From the NCBI GenBank assembly GCA_044892505.1, contig CM097882.1:349494001-349558000 (forward strand): 64,000 bases of DNA, in the 5' to 3' direction. A model generated the notes under the pieces. The model had not been told where the DNA came from and made no database searches. It saw only the letters and a program-made list of their open reading frames with translations. Position 1 is the first letter of the stretch; each line of letters begins with the position of its first letter. This document shows, in pieces, positions 1 to 13,521 of the stretch. Source of the stretch: Schmidtea nova (lineage: Eukaryota). The translations under genes were made by a program, and so were the position numbers.

Positions 1-1712
1 CCATGTGCACAAGTTTATTAAGACCATTGGCTAGAACATTATTTGTGGAGAAGAATGGAGAGAGACAACTAACCAGTTAAGTTACAAAAATAACACAATC
101 GGATAATATGCTAAGAAAAATAGAAACGAGGAACCAAACAAAGAAAAACAATAATTGAAAGCGAAATAATCGAAAAAAATGAAAATATAACGATAAATCA
201 AATTTTCACGGAAAATAAAGACAGCAAGCAGTCAGTAATAAACGATACAACAAAAGTGGTGGGTTGTTGATCGTCAATATGACCTTGACGTTACTATGGC
301 TCGTATCAACAACTCAACATACAAAACATTGAAATAACCATCTTGTTGCCCGTCACTAAGTAACGTTGGTAATGCAACAAATGGGTGGGTATTCGCAATC
401 AGTGGTCGTCGTTAATTCGAAACTATGATTGTCTAAATATGTCCTGGGTCCAAGGGCTACCGATGCAAGGTTTATTGCCCATTTTGCCCCTTCTTACATG
501 ATTTATCTATAAGTATTCAACAAAATTTTATCGGCAATTCAACATAAGCATTCTACATAACTATAAATTTATTAATGCATCCAAATAAATTATTCCGAGC
601 ATCAAAACACTAACAAAACATTAAATTTGCTAATATTATAATTTATAATTATTAGTAGATAAAATATTTTAAAACCAAAACAAAAAAAAACTTTAGTTTG
701 AATTTTTAATTAAAAAGAATTTTTATTTGACGAATAACCGTGTTATTGATAAATTATAAAATAGTGACCTTATTTGTTTAAGTTTGCTAATATACATAAA
801 AAAAATAACCCGCAGTTCAAATTTCCTATCTAAAGTAAGATTAATATTTTACATTATTTTATTTTATCACAATTTTAAAGACCAGACCCACCAAGAAGGT
901 TGACATTGCCAGCAAAGACAACTCCAACATGCGCAGAACAAAAAGAAATCCCGAAACTCCATCACAGGTCAAGGACGACTATTAATTCGGACGAAAAAGA
1001 AAAAGTTTAAATTATTTAAGGAGAGTTATTTATCTCATCAAATTTTAGAAAAACTCGAAAAAAAAGAATATATTGGAACTCAGCACCACTAGAGCTGTAA
1101 AGAAAATCATTGTTGGAAGTGCCATTCTCCAACTGTGTCAATTTTTATTAATAAATTTTCAAACTCGTTTTTTTCGTATTTTTATGATTACGAATTTTAT
1201 TAATATTTTACTTTGACTATTAATGAATTAGAATTATTTTCCTCTATTGTTATTGTATAACAGTAATCTCTTATTAATTTATAGAATAATTAGAAGATAC
1301 CAGCTACATTTAAGAATATATAATATATATAAACCGTTTTTTCAGTACAGAGGGGGTTATTAATGAATTCAATCGGTTATTGTAAGTATAGGTATATAAA
1401 CTATAGGAGTTTTATGATACTGGACGTTATAGTTTACCAGTAGACAATTTTATGTATTCGTGTATAGGTGTTGTTGTTATTGCAATGGATAGTCTAATGA
1501 TAAAATGCGAATGCCTTTACAAATTCTGGATGTATGATGTTAACTAACATAACTGTAGATTTTCTGTATGAATTGTTAGGGTGTATGTTGCTAATGAATG
1601 TTATTGAATGATACCGTGTGATGTGTGTGTATTGTATTTTAAATAGATGTTGCTTGTGTTATTAGTATGAATGATGTTATTGAATGGTATGGGTGTTATG
1701 ATTTGCAAATAG

Positions 1713-1950
1713 GGTTGTATGTGATTTTAGGGGGTATTTTATAAATAACATAGACATAATATATAAATTAAATTCTAAATTAAAATAATAATATAAATTT
1801 TAATAATTTCTAAATTAAAATAATAATATATGGTTGTATGCATTATTAGGGGGTATTCTATAAGTAATATAGACGTGGTATATAAAATAATTCCTAAATC
1901 AAAATAATAATAATAAAATTTTATAATTCCTAAATTAAAATAATAATAAT
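1713..1950. repeat. Two tandem copies of a ~119-bp unit (ggttgtatg...ttagggggtatt...taaattaaaataataat)
   Basis: Units start at 1713 and 1832 with clearly alignable sequence, at the end of a G/T-skewed tract. Confidence 0.75.
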
Positions 1951-4269
1951 AATTTTGTAATTTAAGGTTTATAATTTTATAACCGTTTAATAAAAAATTT
2001 TATAATAAAATTTTAAATTTTAAGTTTTTACATTATAAGTATCTAAATATGTAGAATTAGAATTTTTTCCCTTAATTTGTATTCTATGGGATTAATATAT
2101 GAAATAATATTTTATATCAAGATTATAATAATAATTTTATGATATTTCATATTTATGATTCTGTCAAAATTATAAAATTTTAATCTTTATAATATTGAAG
2201 TTTTGCATTTTAAATTTTATTAATTATTTTTATAGATCTTTTTCAAAAATTGACTTGATTCTATAATCCCATTTTTTTTACTTTATCGGTTATAAATTTT
2301 ATACAAAATCAAGTAGATAATTTTCATGCTAAGATCAAGTACATAAAACTGATTATGCAAAGTGCAAAAATTAAATTTTTCATAAATTAAATAAAATAAA
2401 AATTCATATAAAAGACTAAAATTTTTTAATACTATTCTTCGTCAAAATTTTCCACGACTTCGAATTCTTTACCTAAAAATTTATAAAAAAATCGTAATCT
2501 TTCAATTAGCCATTCGTCGCTCCTTTACCTAGTTCATTATTTAATAAATGGTTTTCGATTGAGCAATTTTTATTGATTTCTGATTTCACATATAATGAAT
2601 TCTAATAAAATGAAAAAATTTCTGTGAAGGCGAAGGTGAGTGCGAGTCGATTTTATTTAGTAATATAGTGCCTGTTTGAGATCTCAAGACATGAGCTGGA
2701 CGAATTTATGTTATGTTACGAATTGCTTATGTAATGTAGTATAAATACTCTACTATATTATAATAAAAATCATTAATATAAAAAATCCTTGCTCTTGGCC
2801 ATACCACGATTCCCCAGTTGGGATGGATGTATGAGCCTCACCTTAAGGAGGACAAATGGGGTGGCCGATTACCAATCAGACAACGATCTACCCAGGCTAC
2901 TAACAAATCCGCACAACGCAAGGCTGGACGAATCGTCAGATGATATGGGAATAAAAAAAATTATTTTTCATATCTTTATTTAGACAAATGTTCATATGAG
3001 ATTTTAATTAATTTTTGGGAATTTATGATAATAATAACAAGAAAACTTTAAAAAAGAAATTGAATAGAAGATGAATTAAATATTTATATTAATGATATCA
3101 TAATAATATATTAACATCGAATTGAAATAAAAATAACAAATAAAGTATTAATCAATAAAGCGCGAGGAATGGGATGATCTTCAGGCATGATGATCGATGA
3201 TCCCAAACCCCTCAAAACAAATTTAAAAGAAAAATAACTCTTACATCTTCTTCAGCAGGGTTCGCAAATTCTGGAAAATCTTCAAATTCGTACGCAAAAT
3301 TCTTCTACAAAATTCTTGTTTTTATCCTCGTTTTCCGGGATCAGTGCCTTCTTCCTCAATTCTTTTGCAGAAATTCTTTGAAAATTCTACACCAAATTTT
3401 TGGAAATTCAAATTCTGGAAAATTCAAATTCAAATTCTACAAATTCTACAAATTCTGCAATTTCTGAAAATAAGAAAATTTCTACAAAATTCTAATTTTA
3501 AAGAAAAATTTCCACAAATTCTGACCATTGCCATTTTGATGACGGTATATATACCATCGATTTTGCGTTACCTTCACTAGTGTAGTAAAACAAATTGTTC
3601 TAGAATGTTCTTTTTAATTTCTCAAAATTAATTCTAATAATTTTTCGCAAAATTAAATCCATATTTTTATGTAATAATTTTTATAAACTATAAATAATTT
3701 ATTTTTAATCCAAATTTTTTATTTTTGAATCAAAATTTATTCAATTTGATTTAATTTGTTATATTTCGATCAAAATTAGTTCTTTTAATCGTTAATGTGA
3801 AATTCTTTTTGATAAAATCACAATTTTTTTCTAAAATATTGTTAATTTTTTCTGCACTGAAGTTTATAACACAATTCCGTTTCTTATGGGCATTTTCAAT
3901 GGGTTTTCCGCCTATTCTAACTTTCAAACGTTCTTCTTTTGACGACTTTTAATTTTTCTCGAGATTTCAGTGTATGGACTTGCAAATTCACAGCTAGCGC
4001 GTTCTCTACTGGTTAATGTGCTTGAGTCCACTTCATCTTTTTCGGTGTTTTTCACTTAATCACTTCGGTTTTTAATGAATGTTTGGATTAAAATTGAATC
4101 TTGCGCGCTCTCTACTTATGGGGTTATTGCTTCATTAAAGCAATTTGCAGTTTTTGCCCAACAAAAGTCAAGAAGAAAAAAGAACAAACCAGAAACGCAG
4201 AAGAAGTAAACCAAAATGAAAAGACCAAAGAAAGACCAACAAGAAACGAAATAATAATATATATACAAA

Positions 4270-4690
4270 AAAGACGAATGGTGTAAATGTTGCCATTTAG
4301 AAAGTAGTTGTTTCAAGCATAAAAAATGTACTAACAAAAAAGGACATGGAAAGAAAGTTTGTAAAATTCAAGGATGTTACAACTGTGGGAAAAAGGCACA
4401 TGGAAAGAAATTGTAGGAACGTCAAGAAACAACAGGAAGCCGAAATCAGCAAGACAGAATTGCTAACAAAATCAAACCAATCGATACGAAAGACGAACGA
4501 TACGAATATAAAGATGATAATAACCAACGAGCAGAAAGTTATTACGAAAATAAAATTCTTCAAAAAGATTCAGAGAACAAATCAGACAAACTCGTCAGCA
4601 TATACAAGTGTGTTACCAATGCGGAAAAAGGGAACATTTAGCGTTCCAGTGTATCAAAGCAAGAAATTAGGAGACAATAGATCAAAATAA
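4270..4690 (+). pseudogene. Degenerate retroelement Gag remnant with CCHC zinc knuckle(s)
   Basis: 4375-4414 reads CYNCGKK(G)HMERNC across one frameshift (C-x2-C-x4-H-x4-C). Two more H-x4-C half-knuckles lie just upstream (HLESSC, HGKKVC). Stops and frameshifts are present. Confidence 0.6.
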
Positions 4691-6343
4691 CAAAGAATAC
4701 GCAAATCAAGGAAACCAAAACCAGTTGAGGAATGTGAACGAAAGAAAAAATGACATAATTAACCAGATGGAAAATCAATCAAACAATCTCAAGAGAACAC
4801 AGAAAATCTTGAGTGAGAAAAATAAAAGCAGAGCTACAATTAACCTATATGAGGAAGTTAACCATGAGCGATGAACAAGAAATCAATATACAAAGAAAAA
4901 TAATAACAAGATTTCAAATCCAACTAACATCATCAATACAAGAGATAGCTTGATTGGAAGAAAAAAATTCGAAATCATCAAGAGTCGATATCAGAATACC
5001 TCGAGACAACCGGTAAAGCTATCACCCATAACGATGAGGTGGTGGAGAATAAAGTGTAAAAATAAAATAAAAAAAGAAAAAAGTGCAGCAATTGTCAATA
5101 GTGAAACCAATTCAATGTATAGGTAGCAATATAGCATTAATATTCGTAGTAGAAGCCAAAGAAATGTATATGACAGTAATAAAATAAATATATGTAAAAC
5201 CAATGTACACGTAATTTGAAATACAAAAAACAATGAAGCAAAAATCATCAAGCTCGCCTACTGTAAAACCCAGAACACGATAAATAAAACCACGTTACAA
5301 GAGAAGTAAGAACCTGAAAGAGGTAAATCAAGCACGAAGGAAGATCCATAAAGAAGATCCATAAAGAAAAAATTGTAGGATAATCTTTTTTTATTTTCTT
5401 AGGATTTTCTTTAGCTTGTAAAATTGAAAAATCGTAAAATAGTAAAATTCTCTTTTTCTATTTTCTTTTTGATAGTAATTGAAATTTTTAATTTCAGTAT
5501 TAGTGTTTATTCTTCTATCAGGTTTGATTGTAATCATAAATAATTAGTAAAAGCCATTACGAGAAATTAAATAAAATTTATTGATTCTTTTATTTGTAAT
5601 TTGGCTTACTATAGCAATTTGCTATAGCAAGCCAAATCCAAATTTATAATTAAAATTATAATAAAAATAAAAATTACAATTGTAATTAAAATCACAATGC
5701 ACGCAAATAATTAGGGGGGGGGGGTTCTGTGCCCAAAATACCATCAACAATAATAAAAACAACAACAATTGCTAATCATTCCTGTACACTAAAAATATCA
5801 AAGAAACTAATAAAAAAGATGAATCATTGCCATCATCATAATCATCACCCTCCGTATCCTGATAATCGTCACCCTAATCATCTGGACAGCATCCCAAGCA
5901 AGTACATTAAAGAGAAAACAATCAACAAACGAACAACCCGTCCAACCAAAAGAAAGGAAATCCCGAAATCATCGAAGTCAATCCACAATTCGATATACTC
6001 GAGAAATGAGAAACTTGGAATCAATACAACCCGAACTCAATAATCAAATCAAATATGAATTAAAAACGATCAATGAAATCAACCCACCAGACGAAAACAA
6101 ACCAGTAACGAGTCGAAGGATCCTACAAATGAACTAACAGTTACATTCAAACAATAACAATTATTGTAATTATCTGTATAAACCGATCACCTTAAGTGAT
6201 TCTTTCATGTTTATAGTTTTGACATTTATTGATGTAATCTAATTTATTTTGTTTAAATGTAAAGAGGAATGACATAATGATGAAATAGGTTTTATGTTGT
6301 ATAATTATTGACATTGCGGGACGCAATTTAAACGGGCTCGGTG

Positions 6344-7677
6344 TGTTGTTAAGCTGGCATAATCTAAAATAAATTTTGTTTAAATTCATCAAAAATTAAA
6401 TACATACAAAGGAAAACAAATTCAAAACACACGATAAGACGTTAAGCAGTAAAATAACACAAAGGAAAATAAAACAGAAAAATACAATAGTAGTCAAACG
6501 AACCGCGTCTTATTAATCGGTCGAGATAGGGTTGAATCTATAAAAAAGAAGCATTTTAAAAGAAAGCACATGAAAGACAGCACGAGAATTGAATGGGGAA
6601 GATCAGTGATTTTATAGTGAATACGAAAAGCATGATCAAAGAATAAATTGATATCAGAATAACGAAAACAATTTATTAAAAATTATAGAAATAAATCCTT
6701 ATTAAAATATCGTAAAAACAACAGAGATAGAAATGAAAATAGAATTAAAATTAAATTTGATTGTTTTAATCAATCAATTAATGTGCAAAAATCAATGGAT
6801 ACACACATCATTTAAAAGAATTAAAAACAAATATTTTGCAAAGTAAAACTTATAAAAAATAAATAAATACTCACTTATTAAAACTAATAAGCTTAAATCG
6901 TTATATCATTATGTAAACAACAACATATGTGGGCGTCAGTAGAATTAATATAAATATACACTGAAAAATAACAATCTAAACTTTCCTCGGCATTAATTTA
7001 CTTAGAGAAAATTTTTGATTTCGTTAGTTAGTTGTGTGGATCGATTTCAGAAGTAGGTATTGTGTTTATTTTAGCGAATTGTTGCCGGAGTAATTATTAT
7101 GAAATGTTTACAATAAAGTTTTGAGGTAAAACTTTGTTTTTGATTAATGGATTTCCTATTAAACTCTGCCTATAAAATAAATAGGTGCGTCGTCTGCGGT
7201 GAAAGTCACGAGGGTGAAGCCATATGGGTGGGGCTGTTTATAGTTCCATGGTATGGTGAGGATTAACTAAAATTATTGTGAATTAAATTTGGATTTTGGG
7301 TAATAGTAATTAAGGACATAATAATAGAGCAAACCTGAGGAAGTTAAGAGTAGTTATTCAATTATTTTTGAAAATGCATAATCGTAGATCTAAGGGAGAA
7401 TTATGTTATATAAAGTTTAAATAAAAATTATGTGACAGGACCGTAAATTAAATAGATGTGTAAGTCCTTCTATCGGCAGCAGGAACCCAAAAGAGAGAAC
7501 ATAGTGAGTAGTTTTGGTAACAAAGCTCACCTGCTCACTATATTCTCGCCACCTTGTACAGTACCAACATAGTTAGTTAGGGAATAACTATGGGTACACG
7601 AGTGAGGTAGTTCAATATTTATGAAGGGTTATGGGTAGTATTAATCTTTAAAGTCAATAATAATTTTTGTAACAACA
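6344..7677 (+). mobile_element. Long LTR (1334 bp), same family as 30552-32221
   Basis: Termini TGTTGTTA...TAACAACA form an 8-bp perfect inverted repeat. 6380-7140 and 7460-7606 align with the 30.5-32.2 kb copy. No TSD (ggtg vs tcca), so probably not a clean solo LTR. Confidence 0.7.
7501..7606 (+). ncRNA. Conserved structured RNA element in the LTR 3' region (copy 1), family unknown
   Basis: Stems ATAGTGAGTAG/CTGCTCACTAT, TTTG-GTAA-CAAA, CTTGTAC/GTACACG and CATAGTTA/TAACTATG. Compensatory changes relative to 32040-32145. G-U pairs and a GNRA loop indicate the + strand. Confidence 0.6.
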
Positions 7678-7937
7678 TCCATACTTACCAAAAATTAATT
7701 TAAGTTTTATTAACTTAATATAATTATGAATCATTACAGTTATACCAGTAATGTATGTGTATAAAAAACTGCTCAATTATCAATATATCTATTAATTTCG
7801 TCACGTTTGATCTTTTAATTTCATTTTTTAGATAATGAATCATTATTTTTCCTATTATAAATAAAAATTTGAAAATTCAATGCGAAAAGTTGGTGTTGAA
7901 TTCTAGAAATAGATTTTGTCTCCAAATTGTCAAAACC

Positions 7938-7968
<31 letters not shown>

Positions 7969-8144
7969 CGGGTTGCAACTTTCATTGCTGATACCCCTAA
8001 AACAAAGGTTAATAAGAAAAATTCAAAAATAAACATTTATTTAAAAGATATCTTTCGTTGGTTAGAATTCTGCTTGTTGAAATTTTCTGCGTTTTTAAAA
8101 TTAAATTCAAATCAAATCTGGCTTTTTTTCTCTTTCAAACAAAA

Positions 8145-8148
<4 letters not shown>

Positions 8149-8214
<66 letters not shown>
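8149..8214. repeat. (AT)n microsatellite
   Basis: Directly visible. A shorter (AT)n tract is at ~7939-7965. Confidence 0.95.
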
Positions 8215-8218
<4 letters not shown>

Positions 8219-8232
8219 CATAATTATCTTTT

Positions 8233-8318
8233 TTCACCTTTGATCTTTTTTTTTATTATTATCAATAATTCTCATAATGACTATAGATCAAAAAATTTTT
8301 TTTATTAACAATAACACA
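8233..8318 (-). repeat. Truncated PLE terminal-repeat (pLTR) copy
   Basis: ttcacctttgatc...ctcataatgactatagatc...aacaataacacaat matches 10681-10770 but stops before the hammerhead core. Confidence 0.75.
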
Positions 8319-9659
8319 ATGACTGATTTTCAGTTGTTTTAATATATTAACCTATTAAGGCAATTTAATATTGTAACCACCATATAAATTTATTTTAGAC
8401 AAGCATTTTAGCATTATTCTTAATCGTTCTCTAATTCGTCTATTTCTTGTATTTCTGAAGCCGAGCTAGAAAAGTGCTTACGCCATTGCGCTGATCATAT
8501 TCGGATTCAAATTTTAATAATTGCCTCAAAAACTCGATTGAGCACCCTTGTAATTTCTAAAAGCAGTCTTTTAAGTCTTCATTCTTTAAAATATCTATGT
8601 AAAATTAACCGGATACAAATAATTCTATGAAAAATTTTATTTTTAAAATTAGATACTGTTATAAATTTTTTTAAATTGATCAAAATTTGAAGAAAATTTA
8701 CTATGTATTTCATTTTAATTAATTCCAAATTAATTCCAATAGCATAATTATTATATAAGATTTTAACCAATCAAAATTAATTCATTATTCTATTTTCATT
8801 AATGATTTTAGGTCTTTTGATGAAAATATCTTATTTTCAACGGCTTATTCTTTAATGTAAGTTTAAAATCAGTTGAATTTATTTTTAAATANNNNNNNNN
8901 NNNNNNNNNNNNNNNNNNNNNNNNNNNNNNNNNNNNNNNNNNNNNNNNNNNNNNNNNNNNNNNNNNNNNNNNNNNNNNNNNNNNNNNNNNNNNNNNNNNN
9001 NNNNNNNNNNNNNNNNNNNNNNNNNNNNNNNNNNNNNNNNNNNNNNNNNNNNNNNNNNNNNNNNNNNNNNNNNNNNNNNNNNNNNNNNNNNNNNNNNNNN
9101 NNNNNNNNNNNNNNNNNNNNNNNNNNNNNNNNNNNNNNNNNNNNNNNNNNNNNNNNNNNNNNNNNNNNNNNNNNNNNNNNNNNNNNNNNNNNNNNNNNNN
9201 NNNNNNNNNNNNNNNNNNNNNNNNNNNNNNNNNNNNNNNNNNNNNNNNNNNNNNNNNNNNNNNNNNNNNNNNNNNNNNNNNNNNNNNNNNNNNNNNNNNN
9301 NNNNNNNNNNNNNNNNNNNNNNNNNNNNNNNNNNNNNNNNNNNNNNNCTCAAGAGAATCCAATTTAAATTGAAATCTCACATATCTAAATAAATTTTATA
9401 CTTTATTTGTTTTAAGTAAAAAAATTGAAAAAATTGAAAATTCTTGTTTTTTTGAAGTTATTTCCTCATTTATCTAAGGTATTGTTTTGAATAAACTGTT
9501 AAAACATTACAAAAGTTTGAAAATAATATAAGAATGCTCAGTTATTAATAATAAATTTATCATTAGTATCCATTATTCTTTTTAACTTGAATTTTCCACA
9601 CAAACACTTTTAAAGAGGTTTCGAAAAATTGTCTAAATAAATCAAATATTGATCTTTAG

Positions 9660-9730
9660 TAGCGGTTCTTAACATGTGGTCTGCGGACCTTTATGAATCC
9701 TTGTAAACACCATAAAAGTCCGTAAAACAT
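9660..9730 (+). mobile_element. Possible hAT/Charlie-type terminal fragment
   Basis: agcggttcttaacatgtggtctgcggacc resembles Charlie-type TIRs (CAGCGGTTCTCAAC...GGTCCGCGGACC). No partner end found. Confidence 0.35.
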
Positions 9731-10680
9731 ATTCGGCCCTATGAACACCCTTGTCGTACTGTCACAAACTTCATTTCCCAAAGTGCATTTAATGTGTACT
9801 CCAAATTAGTGTATTATCTCTTCACGCGAAAATGTATTTTCGTCATTTTCATTGTTTTTTACAATAATTATATATTTCAATGTATAATGTTAAATATTTT
9901 AGTAAATACTGATATTTTTACTCAAAAGACATGGATTTTTATTAATTGTTTTAAGTAATGATATACCATAACCTCTACCGACGTTCACTGTTTCTTTCAG
10001 GTTAAAATAGGAAATTTATAAAATAAATTCAATTTATTTGATAGTAATTATGTTATTCGAAAATTAAAAACAATTCATATTTTACATATAACCTAACTTA
10101 AAAAATTATCAATTTANNNNNNNNNNNNNNNNNNNNNNNNNNNNNNNNNNNNNNNNNNNNNNNNNNNNNNNNNNNNNNNNNNNNNNNNNNNNNNNNNNNN
10201 NNNNNNNNNNNNNNNNNNNNNNNNNNNNNNNNNNNNNNNNNNNNNNNNNNNNNNNNNNNNNNNNNNNNNNNNNNNNNNNNNNNNNNNNNNNNNNNNNNNN
10301 NNNNNNNNNNNNNNNNNNNNNNNNNNNNNNNNNNNNNNNNNNNNNNNNNNNNNNNNNNNNNNNNNNNNNNNNNNTTGGTAGCAGCATTTAAGTATTAAAT
10401 TAATTAGTAAATAAGTAACAAAATAAGCCTTTGCTGCAAAAATAATTTTAGTAAGTGAGAAAATTTTCGATTNNNNNNNNNNNNNNNNNNNNNNNNNNNN
10501 NNNNNNNNNNNNNNNNNNNNNNNNNNNNNNNNNNNNNNNNNNNNNNNNNNNNNNNNNNNNNNNNNNNNNNNNNNNNNNNNNNNNNNNNNNNNNNNNNNNN
10601 NNNNNNNNNNNNNNNNNNNNNNNNNNNNNNNNNNNNNNNNNNNNNNNNNNNNNNNNNNNNNNNNNNNNNNNNNNNNNNNN

Positions 10681-10790
10681 TTCACCTTTGATCTTTTTTT
10701 ATTATTATTATCAATAATTCTCATAATGACTATAGATCAAAATTTTTTTTTCTAAACAATAACACAATATTTCGGCACAGCCTTTATCAA
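10681..10790 (-). repeat. Inverted PLE pLTR with hammerhead core, cut by the MULE insertion
   Basis: Reverse complement of 13750-13853. Ends in cctttatcaag, which is duplicated at 13739-13749. Confidence 0.85.
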
Positions 10791-11634
10791 GGCTTGTATT
10801 TATTGGGTCAGTATTTTTTTACATTTTTGGTCAGTATTTTAAATAAATGGTTAGTACTTATATTAAAATGTCAGTACGTAATACAAATGGTCAGTATTAC
10901 AGCGATCAGTATAAAAACGATCAGTATTTTAATTAAAATGCAGATAGATATATTAATTGGTCAGTATTATAAATAAATGGTCAGAAATTAAAATTATGTA
11001 TCAGTATCTGCAAATATAAATGTCAGTAACAATAATTTTAAATAAAATTTAAAAAAACCTCATTTGGAATTTTATACTTATGTCTTATTTTTATTATTAT
11101 AATTAATTTTTATAAAAAGCTATATTGTCTCATTGATAGTTTAAATTAAAATATATTTTATAAGAAATTTATTGAAAATTCTAGTAATGTGGTTTAATGT
11201 ATAGGAGTCATTATTTTTCTTGTTGCAAATTTCAGAATTTTGTAAATTTAAATAATTTCTTTTTTATATGCACTAAGAATATTATTTTAATGAAGTAGCC
11301 AGTTTTGATTGCTATATTCTGAAAATAATCGCAGACTTTTGTCAAAATTACGCATTTTATAACAAAATCAGTGAATTGACATTAGTCAATTTGTCCGCTG
11401 TGTTACTCGAATGTGTAATGTTATTTAAATATTAAATCATCTCCGTTTAAGATAAAATTAAAAAAAATAACATAATTAAAATATATATTATAAATTCAAG
11501 TCTCCAACTTATTTTATACTAATATATTTGTTGTTCTTGATTATTAATGATGATTGTTTTATTTGTTTATTTCTGAAAAACCATTTTTGTTTATTATTTG
11601 TTTGTTTGAAATTTAAAATAATTGAAGGTTCAAA

Positions 11635-13440
11635 ATGGCATCAAATATAGACGAATATCTATCATCAGATGATGAAGAAATAAATGAGATTTTAACTATT
11701 AAAACTCGTAGGACAAAAATACAACACAAATGGAATATGGTTTCAACATTTAATAACAAAGAAGATGCTATGATTGTTATAAATTCAGAAGAAATTTGGA
11801 GTTTCCATTATCGGAATAATACGGCTGATGGAGGTAAAGCTTATTATCGATGTAACATGGTAAAAAGACGCGGACAACAATGCGAGGCTGGAATATATTT
11901 GCTGTTTAATAATAACAACGATAGTGTAACAATGTTTAGAGCAGAAAACAAGCATACGCATGGAAACTCACAGCAACAAACTTTAAAGCTTTCAAATCAG
12001 ATGAAAGAAGAAATTAAAAAGCTTTTTAAACTAAAAATAAAACCAAAAAAAATTTTAGAAATATTAAATGATAAAGGTTTAAAGCTTAAAAACAAGACAC
12101 AAGTTTCTAATTACTTAGTGCAATTAAGAAAAGAAGCATATGGGCCAGCCGCAATAAGACTTGGAGAATTTGAGCAGTGGTGTATTGATCATAGCGAAAT
12201 TCCAGATTCTGATGAATTACCTTTTGTGGTGTCACATCAAGTGAAATATTGTGATGAATTAGATGATGCAGAGGATGAATACAATGAGGGTTCGCACTTC
12301 AGAGTTTTAATTTCAACAAAACGTTTGCTTAAAAACTGTAGCATGTCGAACAAAATTCATATTGATGCCACTAATAAACTGGTATGGGAAGGTATGCCAG
12401 TTATAATTGTTGGAACTACAGATCTTGATCGTCATTTTCATCCGATTGGTATTGCTGTATGCACGAATGAAAAAAAAGCAGATTTTCAATTTATTTTTGA
12501 AACAATTAAGAAAATAAATGAAGAAATTGAATATTTAATATCAGATGCATCAAATGCCATTCGTAATGCATTCATCGCAGTATTTGGTGTGAATAAACGT
12601 TTAATTATGTGTTGGGCTCATATGCGACGCAATGTTACGAAAAAAGTTGAGTCTCTTGTTGAAAAAAGCATGAGAAAGGAAATAATAGATGACATCGATA
12701 CATTACAGTTAGCTTCAAGCAAGCAAATATTTGATAAAGCATTACCATTGTTTATCAAGAAATGGCTTCAGAAAAGCCAAACTGAGTTTATTAACTACAT
12801 GAAACTTCAATGGTTTACAACACATCAATATTGGTACGAAGGTGCTGCACAATACACGCCTTCTACGAACAACTCATTGGAATCTTTCAATTTAGTGGTA
12901 AAAAAAGAAGAAACATTTCGTGAACGACTACCACTCTCAAGATTTCTTGAATTAATCAATAAATCTGTAGCAAAGTGGTCAAACGAATATTCATCCAACA
13001 GTCGAATATTCAATACTTCAACTACAATTGAATTGTCCCAATGGAAAAAAGGATATCAATGGGCAAAAACTAATGTAAACGTCTCATCAGCAATTTCTAA
13101 CGATTCAATACAATATTTTTGTCCATCAAATCAGCAATGTAAGGCATCAGAAGAGGAAGCAGCATATGTATTGGAAATGCGTTGGAAAACATTTGATCAA
13201 TTCAAACGTAAAGGTTTCAAAGTTTGGATTATAAATCTGCCAAAAAAAGCAGAAAACTGGATGCATGGTTGCTGTACTTGTCCAGAATTCTTAAAGAAAT
13301 TTATATGTTTTCATATAATAGGTTTAGCTATTCGCTTAAAATATATTAAACCTCCTCCAGCAGCTAAACAAATACCAATAGGGCAAAAACGTTCGAGGGG
13401 AAGGCCAAAATTAGCAACGCGTGCGCTTTTAATTGATTAA
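11635..13440 (+). CDS. MULE transposase, 601 aa
   Basis: N-terminal YYRC...HTH zinc-finger-like motif, MULE DDE core (IHIDATNK, ISDASNAI, MCWAHM, TNNSLESFN), SWIM finger (CCTCPEFLKKFICFHI) and AT-hook-like RSRGRPK. No internal stops. Confidence 0.92.
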   Translation: MASNIDEYLSSDDEEINEILTIKTRRTKIQHKWNMVSTFNNKEDAMIVINSEEIWSFHYRNNTADGGKAYYRCNMVKRRGQQCEAGIYLLFNNNNDSVTMFRAENKHTHGNSQQQTLKLSNQMKEEIKKLFKLKIKPKKILEILNDKGLKLKNKTQVSNYLVQLRKEAYGPAAIRLGEFEQWCIDHSEIPDSDELPFVVSHQVKYCDELDDAEDEYNEGSHFRVLISTKRLLKNCSMSNKIHIDATNKLVWEGMPVIIVGTTDLDRHFHPIGIAVCTNEKKADFQFIFETIKKINEEIEYLISDASNAIRNAFIAVFGVNKRLIMCWAHMRRNVTKKVESLVEKSMRKEIIDDIDTLQLASSKQIFDKALPLFIKKWLQKSQTEFINYMKLQWFTTHQYWYEGAAQYTPSTNNSLESFNLVVKKEETFRERLPLSRFLELINKSVAKWSNEYSSNSRIFNTSTTIELSQWKKGYQWAKTNVNVSSAISNDSIQYFCPSNQQCKASEEEAAYVLEMRWKTFDQFKRKGFKVWIINLPKKAENWMHGCCTCPEFLKKFICFHIIGLAIRLKYIKPPPAAKQIPIGQKRSRGRPKLATRALLID

Positions 13441-13521
13441 AAAAATTTATTTATATTATAAAAATAAATACTATCATATTTTTTTATGTTATATTTTAAG
13501 GTATTAAATTTTTTCTAAAAA

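Noticed and set aside
2640-2990. Possible LTR (TATA at ~2740, AATAAA at ~2762, GC-richer tail)
   Set aside because: No defined TG...CA ends, TSD or second copy in the window.
3344-3580. 78-aa ORF with ILQ repeats
   Set aside because: Arises from degenerate aaattct(ac) low-complexity repeats; the opposite strand is also interrupted.
5729-6043. 104-aa ORF after the G-tract
   Set aside because: Compositionally biased (A/C-rich) with no recognisable domain.
7524-7536. Minus-strand CAG|GTGAG / CAG|GTAAG in the LTR motif, suggesting a spliced-leader RNA
   Set aside because: G-U pairs and GNRA loops favour the + strand, and there is no convincing Sm site downstream on the minus strand.
8808-10724. 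ORFs spanning N-runs (also at 14.9, 19.4, 24.7, 36.3-37.0, 37.8, 38.9 and 49.6 kb)
   Set aside because: They are open only because Ns translate as X; no coding evidence.
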